Under the pieces are notes generated by a model that worked only from the letters and a program-made list of their open reading frames with translations, was not told the DNA's origin and searched no databases. DNA of 64,000 nt from Calditrichota bacterium (GTDB lineage Bacteria > Electryoneota > RPQS01), in the NCBI GenBank assembly GCA_020637395.1, contig JACJWA010000001.1, positions 1,711,228 through 1,775,227 of the forward strand, given 5' to 3'. Within the stretch, counting starts at the first letter, position 1; each line of letters opens with the position of its first letter. The position numbers were made by a program, and so were the translations under genes. This document shows positions 57,304 through 64,000 of the stretch, in pieces.

Positions 57304-58485
57304 CTATACCAATTCCACGGCCATGGCGGTTGCTTCGCCGCCGCCGTTGCAGATGCCCACGACTCCGCGCTTGCCGCCGCGATCCTGTAGAGCGTGTAGC
57401 AAAGTCACAAGAATACGGCAGCCCGAAGAGCCAATCGGATGACCGATGGCGACCGCGCCGCCCCAGACATTCACTTTGTCCGACGTCGCGCCGATTTCGT
57501 TTGCGTTATAGAGTCCAACTACGGAAAACGCCTCGTTCAATTCGAACAGATCCACGTCGGACACTTTCCAGTCCACGCGACGCATCAGCTTCTGCACTGC
57601 GGGAGCAGGAGCCGTCGCAAACCACTCGGGAGCGTGACTGTAGGTTGTGTAGCCCACGATCCGCGCCAGCGGCTTCAGACCACGGCGTTGGGATTCTTCA
57701 AAGGACATCACCATCACCGCAGAGGCACCGTCGTTGATTTTCGATGCGTTGGCCGCCGTGATCGTTCCGTCCTTCTCAAATGCGGGCTTCAACTGCGTCA
57801 TCTTCTCGAAATTCACCTTCCCCGGCTCTTCATCTTCCGTGATCGAAATCTCGCCCTTGCGATCTTTGATCACAACCGGGACAATCTCCTTCTTAAATTT
57901 GCCGTCCTTGATGGACGCCTGCGCACGACGATAGGATTCCGCTGCGAATTCGTCCTGCTGTTCGCGGGTGATCTTGTATTCCCGCGCGCACATCTCAGCG
58001 CACTGTCCCATGTGGATGTTCTTGTAAGGATCCCAGAGCCCGTCGGTAATCATAAGATCGTTGACCGAACCGTGTCCCAAACGATAGCCGCTGCGCGCGC
58101 GATCCAGAATAAAAGGCGCAAGAGACATGTTTTCCATGCCGCCCGCGATCATGATCTTGGCTTCGCCAAGCGATACGGTTTGGGCCGCGGACATCACTGC
58201 GCGCAAACCCGAAGAACAAACTTTGTTGACGGTCCATGCGGACGACGTGTCAGGGATTCCCGCAAAGAGAGCGGCTTGCCGGGCAGGCGCCTGTCCGACT
58301 CCGCCCTGCAAGACCATGCCGAGAATCACCTCGTCCACTTCCTTCGGCTCGACCTGCGAACGATCCAAATTCGCTTTTAGTACGTGCGCCGCCAATGCCG
58401 GAGCCGGCACCGACGACAGCGCTCCCATGAATGATCCGACGGCGGTACGTGCCGCACTGGTGATGACTGGTGTGTTAGGATGCAT
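57304..58485 (-). CDS. Acetyl-CoA C-acetyltransferase (thiolase II)
   Basis: VNKVCSSGL, NEAFS, and GICNGGGEA. Confidence 0.95.
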   Translation of the reverse strand: MHPNTPVITSAARTAVGSFMGALSSVPAPALAAHVLKANLDRSQVEPKEVDEVILGMVLQGGVGQAPARQAALFAGIPDTSSAWTVNKVCSSGLRAVMSAAQTVSLGEAKIMIAGGMENMSLAPFILDRARSGYRLGHGSVNDLMITDGLWDPYKNIHMGQCAEMCAREYKITREQQDEFAAESYRRAQASIKDGKFKKEIVPVVIKDRKGEISITEDEEPGKVNFEKMTQLKPAFEKDGTITAANASKINDGASAVMVMSFEESQRRGLKPLARIVGYTTYSHAPEWFATAPAPAVQKLMRRVDWKVSDVDLFELNEAFSVVGLYNANEIGATSDKVNVWGGAVAIGHPIGSSGCRILVTLLHALQDRGGKRGVVGICNGGGEATAMAVELV

Positions 58486-58533
58486 GAGTGTTGTACAGTA
58501 AGTTATGGTTTAGCGATCGAATAACATGAAGTG

Positions 58534-59388
58534 CTAAGGAGAAAGATGTTCAAGCCGAAACGTCCCCGGAGTCGTTTCGCTCAGGAAGCCGATCCGGTTG
58601 CGCGGCGCGTGAACCAGAACAACAATGTCCCGTTCGCGCGCGGCAAGCGTCATAAACTTGCGTTTGGCTTCCGTCAATTCCGCGGGATTCTGATCATACG
58701 ACATTCCGCTTTCCAGCGGCAGCTGCGCCGTCGTGGGCAAAACGTCGCTCAGATACATCAGTTTCTGCTCACCGGGAAAACCGATGCGCGCCACCAGGTG
58801 ACCGGGCGAATGACCGCCGCTCCAGTGCAAGGTCAGCCACGGCAACAATTCATGATCATCCCGCGAAATCAGATCGAGTTTTCCCGCTTGCGCCAGCGGT
58901 TCAAAGTCATCCGCCGCGTAGCCATCATCGCCGCTCGCCACACCGGCGCGCGCGCCGTCCAATTCGCGCTGTTGCAGCACATATCGTGCTTTGGGAAACG
59001 TCGCTTCGATCTGGCCGCCAGGGCCGACCGTCGTGCAAGCGCCCGCGTGGTCCCAATGCAGATGTGTCAACACCACGAAGTCAATCTGCTCTCTCCGTAC
59101 GCCGAGCTCTCTCAACGCAGGCAACAGATTGCGCGGCCAATCGAGATTGTAGCTACGCCGCTCCGCGATGCGCTCCTTGTCGCCCGTTCCCGGATCAATC
59201 AGAACGGTCTGCCCTTCACCGCGAATCAACAGCGAGTTGAAACCAACCTTGATTCGCGGTCGAAACTTCGTCTTGTCCAGCAATTCCGCATTGCGGCCTT
59301 TGGTGACTTTGACAAATGTCTCGGGCCGCAACTCGAACAGCCCATCGCTGATCAGATCAAAACGCAGTGAACCGAGTTCAAAGTGCAT
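58534..59388 (-). CDS. MBL-fold metallo-hydrolase
   Basis: VVLTHLHWDHAG. The ATG at 59388 avoids overlap with the upstream ACAD. Confidence 0.85.
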   Translation of the reverse strand: MHFELGSLRFDLISDGLFELRPETFVKVTKGRNAELLDKTKFRPRIKVGFNSLLIRGEGQTVLIDPGTGDKERIAERRSYNLDWPRNLLPALRELGVRREQIDFVVLTHLHWDHAGACTTVGPGGQIEATFPKARYVLQQRELDGARAGVASGDDGYAADDFEPLAQAGKLDLISRDDHELLPWLTLHWSGGHSPGHLVARIGFPGEQKLMYLSDVLPTTAQLPLESGMSYDQNPAELTEAKRKFMTLAARERDIVVLVHAPRNRIGFLSETTPGTFRLEHLSP

Positions 59389-59426
59389 GGACGGCTTCTG
59401 GCAGAGTCCAAAACTCTGCTCGGGAC

Positions 59427-60593
59427 TTAGGAGTTGTCCCACTCCTTCAGCAGGGATCGAGCAATCACAAGACGCTGAATCTCCGACGTGCCTTCGCCGA
59501 TTTCCGTTAGTTTGTTGTCGCGGAACATGCGTTCGACGGGATATTCGCGCACGTAGCCGTAGCCGCCGTGCAATTGAATTGCCTGCGATGTCACACGGGC
59601 ACCCACTTCGCTCGCATAGAGTTTGGCGAGCGCGGCTTCACGCGAGAAATCTTCGCCGTCATCTTTCTTGCGAGCGGCGTCAAAAATCAGGTGACGAGCG
59701 GCCTCGATCTGCACATACATATCCGCAATCTTGAACTGCGTGGCCTGAAAATCCGCGATGCGCTGATCGAACGCCTTGCGGCCTGTCGTGTATTTCAGGG
59801 TTTCGAGAAATGCACCTTCCGCCAAACCCAGCGCCATGGCTCCAATGGAGATGCGGCCACCGTCCAACGTGATCAGCATCTGCTTGAACCCTTCACCCGG
59901 TTTGCCCAGCAGATTCTCTTTGGGAATCTTCACGTCGTTGAAATGCAGGACCACTGTATCCGAACCACGCACGCCGAGTTTGCGCTCTTTCTTACCCACC
60001 GCAAAGCCGTCCCAGTCGCGCTCGACGATGAAACAGCTGATGCCGCGCGTGCCCTTGTCCTTTTCAGTCAGCGCACTGACCACGTACGTCTTTGAATACG
60101 AGCCGTTTGTGCAATACACCTTCGTGCCGTTCAGCAGGAAGTGATCGCCTTTGTCTTCGGCAAACGTCTTGGTTGCACCGGCGTCGCTGCCGGCCTGCGG
60201 TTCGGTCAACCCGAATCCGCCCATGTGAGCTCCCGCGCACAGATCGGGCAAGTACTTCTTCTTCTGCTCTTCCGTTCCGAACAGATAGATCGGCCCGCAG
60301 CCAAGCGAAATGTGCGCGGCCAGTCCCAGTGCGGTAGAGCCGCAAACCTTTGCGACCTCTTCGACGGCGAGCGCATAGGAGACATAGTCCATTCCCGCGC
60401 CGCCGTATTCTTCGGGGTAGGGAATGCCCATCAAGCCGAGTTCGCCCATTTCCGCGAAAATCTCTTCGGGAAAGCGTTCGGTCTCATCAATTTCGGCGGC
60501 AATCGGCTTGATCTTGTTCTCGGCAAAATCGCGCACCATGTCGCGCAGCATTTTCTGCTCTTCAGTTAGCGGCAGACGGTCAGCCAGATTCAT
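59427..60593 (-). CDS. Acyl-CoA dehydrogenase, isovaleryl-CoA-dehydrogenase-like by context
   Basis: GGFGLTEPQAGSDA, and QLHGGYGY...EIGEGTSEIQ. It is adjacent to the carboxylase and hydratase genes. The ATG at 60593 (MNLADRLPLTEEQ) is preferred. Confidence 0.9.
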   Translation of the reverse strand: MNLADRLPLTEEQKMLRDMVRDFAENKIKPIAAEIDETERFPEEIFAEMGELGLMGIPYPEEYGGAGMDYVSYALAVEEVAKVCGSTALGLAAHISLGCGPIYLFGTEEQKKKYLPDLCAGAHMGGFGLTEPQAGSDAGATKTFAEDKGDHFLLNGTKVYCTNGSYSKTYVVSALTEKDKGTRGISCFIVERDWDGFAVGKKERKLGVRGSDTVVLHFNDVKIPKENLLGKPGEGFKQMLITLDGGRISIGAMALGLAEGAFLETLKYTTGRKAFDQRIADFQATQFKIADMYVQIEAARHLIFDAARKKDDGEDFSREAALAKLYASEVGARVTSQAIQLHGGYGYVREYPVERMFRDNKLTEIGEGTSEIQRLVIARSLLKEWDNS

Positions 60594-60609
60594 CGGAGGA
60601 TAGTCTTGT

Positions 60610-60801
60610 TTAAGATTCTTCGTATAAATTGTCGAGAGGATTGTCGCCCGCGCCCTCATTGCGCTTGCGATTGCGCAGCTCTTCCTTCAACGCCTGATAC
60701 TCTTCAGGGGAAATGTCGGCGTCGCGCAGCGCGCGCTCAAGCCGCTCCAATTCAGGATTCTTACGCTTCTTGGGGGGATGTGGTTTTTCAGAGCTATTCA
60801 T
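60610..60801 (-). CDS. Small highly charged hypothetical protein (63 aa)
   Basis: The ATG at 60801 overlaps the upstream TAG stop (ATGAATAG). The G/C-ending codon choice looks similar to neighbouring genes by eye. There is no recognisable motif. Confidence 0.4.
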   Translation of the reverse strand: MNSSEKPHPPKKRKNPELERLERALRDADISPEEYQALKEELRNRKRNEGAGDNPLDNLYEES

Positions 60802-61600
60802 GGCCGGTCGGGAAATGTGACGACAGCACACGGTCCAGACAGTCATTTGAGCCGCGCGCGTCTTCCAGGGAGACTTCAAATGTGACGGAGGGCCGCGAGC
60901 CGCGGGCGAGCAAGGGTCCTATCAGAGCGGACAAATCCACCACTCCCTTGCCCAACCCCCAATGCAGGTCGGACAATCCGTCGTTATCACTCAAGTGCAA
61001 ATGCACGATTTGTTCGGAAAACTTCTCGATCCAATCCGTCGCCGGCACTCGCGCAAAACACGCAGCGTGACCGGTGTCGAGACACATACCCAAATACGGA
61101 TGCTGAATCCGCGCAAACACCTCTTCAAACAACGTCGTGTCGTGTTCGTAGGTGTTTTCCATCGCGAGAACGATGCCGTTGTCCGCCGCAACATCCAGCA
61201 GTCCGCGCAGCTTGTCACAAAACAGGTCCAACCACTTGCCGCGTGCCGTCGGCGGATACTGCGGCAGGAAGCCCGTGTGAAACACCATCAGTGGAGAGCC
61301 CAATACGCGCGCAGCCTCAATCCCCGCGGACAACGACTGATAGGAATAGTCTGCAATGTGCGCATCTTTTCCGGCCAGCGCCAAATTGTTGAACGGGCCA
61401 TGGCAGGAAACCGGCAAATGTGCATCCGCCAAATCGTCCGAAAGTCCCAGTAGCACATCCCACTTGATCTTCGGCCACAGCGCATCCGTCGAACCGAACA
61501 TCACTTCGATGCCAAGACCAAGCTCCACAAGTCGGGGAATCGCTTCCAGCACCTGACGGCTGTCCACATAAACACAGCGCGGAACAAGCAAGCTACTCAT
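60794..61600 (-). CDS. Xylose-isomerase-like TIM-barrel protein (sugar phosphate isomerase/epimerase family)
   Basis: HLHLSDNDG...H pattern and the TIM-barrel beta/alpha rhythm. The SD sequence GGAGG lies upstream. It overlaps the BCCP stop by 8 nt. Confidence 0.75.
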   Translation of the reverse strand: MSSLLVPRCVYVDSRQVLEAIPRLVELGLGIEVMFGSTDALWPKIKWDVLLGLSDDLADAHLPVSCHGPFNNLALAGKDAHIADYSYQSLSAGIEAARVLGSPLMVFHTGFLPQYPPTARGKWLDLFCDKLRGLLDVAADNGIVLAMENTYEHDTTLFEEVFARIQHPYLGMCLDTGHAACFARVPATDWIEKFSEQIVHLHLSDNDGLSDLHWGLGKGVVDLSALIGPLLARGSRPSVTFEVSLEDARGSNDCLDRVLSSHFPTGHE

Positions 61601-62084
61601 CTGCCTCCAGGCTGATCAGCAACGCATCCGAGGAGACTGTTTGGCCAACTGCGATGTCCACTTTGGAAATCTTTCCCGCTCGCGGTGCGCGAAGGTTGTG
61701 TTCCATCTTCATCGCTTCCAACACCGCTACAATCTGATCGGCCTCCACGCTCTGGCCGCTCTTCACGGTCAGCTTGATGATTGTGCCGGGCATCGGAGAA
61801 CGAATCTCGTTTTGCGATCCGCCCGCACCAGTCCCAGCGGCGCTTTCTTCAAGCTCGTGCAGGTCATAGGTGCGTCCGTCAAACCACACAAAGATGTGAT
61901 CCTTCTGGCGAACTGCAAGTGTGCGATAGCGGCGGCGCTCGCCTTCGAGAATCAACTGACGTCCGCTGCAATCGCAATTCAGCACCGAGGACTCTCCGTC
62001 CTGCTGAACTTCGATTTGCTCGGGAGAGAGATGCACAATCGTCGCGGGAAATTCCCGCTGACCGATGCGATAGGTCTTGCTCAT
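61593..62084 (-). CDS. Biotin carboxyl carrier (BT-BCCP-like) subunit of an acyl-CoA carboxylase
   Basis: The biotinylation motif VLEAMKMEH near the C-terminus. The ATG at 62084 overlaps the BC stop in an ATGA overlap. Confidence 0.85.
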   Translation of the reverse strand: MSKTYRIGQREFPATIVHLSPEQIEVQQDGESSVLNCDCSGRQLILEGERRRYRTLAVRQKDHIFVWFDGRTYDLHELEESAAGTGAGGSQNEIRSPMPGTIIKLTVKSGQSVEADQIVAVLEAMKMEHNLRAPRAGKISKVDIAVGQTVSSDALLISLEADE

Positions 62085-63583
62085 GCACCCGCTCCGGCCG
62101 TGCGCCAATCACCGAGCGTTTGCCACGGCGTTGCAGTTTGCGCAGAACCATTGCCCGACGCCGCTCTGGAGGTCGCGCGCGTTTGCTCATTGGCTGCGGC
62201 TAACAGCGCAGCCAATGCTTCCCCTGTCGGAAGCGGTTCCTTCCACTCTGAGAAGTGCTGCGCAATGAAATGCGTCGAGAGATTTCCCTTCACAAATTCG
62301 GGATGAGCCAGCACATCTTGAAGATAGCCCAACGGCGCGCGAACTCCCAACAATACGTAGTGCTTCAGCGCGTCGCGCATCCGCGCAATCGCGTGCGTGC
62401 GGTCGTCCGCCCAACAGATTACTTTGGAGAGAATCGGATCGTAGTACACGGGAATCTCAAAGCCCTCACGTATTCCCGAGTCCACGCGCAATCCCGGCGA
62501 ATGCGGCTCTTCGAGCCGCAGCACCGTGCCGCTGGACGGCAGAAATCCGTTGGTCGGGTCTTCCGCATAAACGCGGCACTCAATGGCGTGTCCGCGAAAA
62601 CGTATCTGTTCTTGAGTTTTCGGAAGCTTCTCGCCCGAGGCCACCGTCAACTGCCAGGCAACCAGGTCTTCGCCCGTCACCATTTCGGTCACCGGGTGCT
62701 CGACCTGCAAGCGAGCGTTCACCTCGAGAAAATAGAACTTGTCCCCATCCAGAAGAAACTCTACCGTCCCCGCATTGACATAGCCCGCGGCTTTGATGAT
62801 GCGAATCGCCGCTTCGCCCATCCGCTTGCGCAGGTCGGGAGTCAGAGCGACGCTGGGAGATTCTTCGATAATCTTCTGATGCCGCCGCTGCACCGAGCAC
62901 TCGCGCTCACCAAGATGCACCGCGTTGCCGTGTCCGTCACAGAACACCTGAAACTCGACGTGACGCGGGTTGTCAATATACTTCTCGAGATAGACCGCGT
63001 CATTCCCGAATGCCGATTTCGCTTCGCGCCGCGCGGCATCGAAAGACTCTTCGACTTCGTCCGCACTGCGCACGATGCGCATGCCTTTGCCACCGCCGCC
63101 TGCCGCGGCCTTGATCAGCACGGGAAAACCAATCTCCTCGGCCTTCGTTTTGGCTTGCGCGGCAGTCCCCTCGGGAAGAAGAGCGCCCGGCGTGATCGGT
63201 ACGTTGTGCTGGGTGGCAAGTTCGCGCGAAGAGATCTTGTCGCCCAGTCTGCGCATGGCGTCCGCAGGAGGTCCAACAAAGGTCAGTCCGGCCAATTGCA
63301 CCGCTTCCGAGAATTCCGGATTCTCCGACAGAAATCCGTATCCGGGATGAATGGCCTCCGCGCCGTGCTCCCGCGCGGCGGCAATGATCTTCTCAACGTT
63401 CAGATAGCTCTCGGACGCTGGCGACGCGCCGATGTGCACCGCTTCGTCCGCGATTTCAACATGCAAGGCGTCGCGATCTGCATCGCTAAACACCGCAATC
63501 GTACGAATCCCCAATGCGCGCGCCGTGCGCATCACACGTACCGCAATCTCGCCGCGGTTTGCAATCAGAAGCGAGCGAATCAC
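62081..63583 (-). CDS. Biotin carboxylase subunit (methylcrotonyl-CoA carboxylase alpha-like, lacking the BCCP domain)
   Basis: LLIANRGEIAVRV, AAAGGGGKGMR, and EVNARLQVEHPVTE. A GTG at 63583 forms a GTGA overlap with the hydratase stop. Confidence 0.93.
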   Translation of the reverse strand: MIRSLLIANRGEIAVRVMRTARALGIRTIAVFSDADRDALHVEIADEAVHIGASPASESYLNVEKIIAAAREHGAEAIHPGYGFLSENPEFSEAVQLAGLTFVGPPADAMRRLGDKISSRELATQHNVPITPGALLPEGTAAQAKTKAEEIGFPVLIKAAAGGGGKGMRIVRSADEVEESFDAARREAKSAFGNDAVYLEKYIDNPRHVEFQVFCDGHGNAVHLGERECSVQRRHQKIIEESPSVALTPDLRKRMGEAAIRIIKAAGYVNAGTVEFLLDGDKFYFLEVNARLQVEHPVTEMVTGEDLVAWQLTVASGEKLPKTQEQIRFRGHAIECRVYAEDPTNGFLPSSGTVLRLEEPHSPGLRVDSGIREGFEIPVYYDPILSKVICWADDRTHAIARMRDALKHYVLLGVRAPLGYLQDVLAHPEFVKGNLSTHFIAQHFSEWKEPLPTGEALAALLAAANEQTRATSRAASGNGSAQTATPWQTLGDWRTAGAGA

Positions 63584-64000
63584 TTGCCGGGACTCCACGC
63601 GGGTGAACGCTTCTCAAGCAGCGCACTCAGTCCTTCTTGTCCTTCCGGACTGACGCGCTGACGAGCAATCCGCGCAGCCGTGAACTCGCGCGCATCGTCA
63701 ATCGAGAAACGCGGCACTTCCCGCAACAGCTCTTTGGTCAAAGTCTGCGCCGTGGACGCGGAAAACAAAAGCTCGCGACCCCAGCCCTCTACGGCCTTGT
63801 CCAGCATTGCTTCGGGCACCACTTCATTGGCAATTCCCAAACGCAGGCACTCTTGCGCGGAAATCCTGCGACCCGTCAAGAACAGTTCGCGCGCGCGGCC
63901 CTCGCCCAGTTTGCGCAGGACAAAGGCCGAAATCGTTGCCGGGACAATTCCCAATCGTACTTCGCTGAACGCAGTCTGCGCATTCTCGGCCATGACCACA
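63580..64000 (-). CDS. Enoyl-CoA hydratase/isomerase family (methylglutaconyl-CoA-hydratase-like), 5'-truncated by the window edge
   Basis: Crotonase C-terminal pattern FSEVRLGIVPA...ARELFLTGRRISAQEC. Confidence 0.8.
   Translation of the reverse strand, partial: VVMAENAQTAFSEVRLGIVPATISAFVLRKLGEGRARELFLTGRRISAQECLRLGIANEVVPEAMLDKAVEGWGRELLFSASTAQTLTKELLREVPRFSIDDAREFTAARIARQRVSPEGQEGLSALLEKRSPAWSPGK

Overview
This 64-kb window is a GC-rich chromosome segment (roughly 58-60% GC by eye) from a diderm bacterium. It encodes BamD, LapA/LapB, Lnt, a cargo protein with a T9SS C-terminal sorting domain, two PorV/PorQ-like barrels and HprK. That content suggests an uncultivated FCB-superphylum-like lineage, but I cannot assign a taxon from sequence alone.

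I call about 56 protein-coding genes. I found no rRNA, tRNA, CRISPR array, transposase, prophage or toxin-antitoxin/defence island. Only a 5'-truncated RND efflux gene and an rpsR-rpmB-rpmG operon lie on the + strand. All 51 genes from 8071 to the window end lie on the - strand, tightly packed, with many 4- and 8-nt start/stop overlaps.

The content is overwhelmingly housekeeping:
- Replication and repair: nrdJ, dnaB, mutS, topA, a xer recombinase, ruvX and a family-4 UDG.
- Transcription and translation: rpoZ, nusB, hisS, miaB, hpf and a rel/spoT gene.
- Envelope: bamD, lnt, lapAB, a SPOR protein and an MCE protein.
- Secretion: secA.
- Cofactors: nadD and coaBC.
- A large leucine/ketone-body acyl-CoA catabolic cluster at the right end.

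All functional calls rest on motif and architecture recognition by eye. No database search was run.

I do not see a convincing new multi-gene system. The items most worth a second look are:
1. A sigma54-type AAA+ activator broken by a single in-frame TGA at a conserved Arg codon, which also has an atypical domain architecture.
2. Long Lys/Ala/Pro-rich, histone-H1-like tails fused to CoaBC (C-terminus) and TopA (N-terminus).
3. A permease-less HprK-EIIA(Man)-EIIB(Man) module sitting next to hpf and an orphan MCE protein.
4. A methylcrotonyl-CoA-carboxylase alpha subunit split into translationally coupled BC and BCCP genes, inside a leucine cluster that also holds unrelated genes.
5. A non-canonical rpsR-rpmB-rpmG operon encoding Cys-poor ribosomal proteins, behind an AT-rich divergent control region that contains duplicated motifs.
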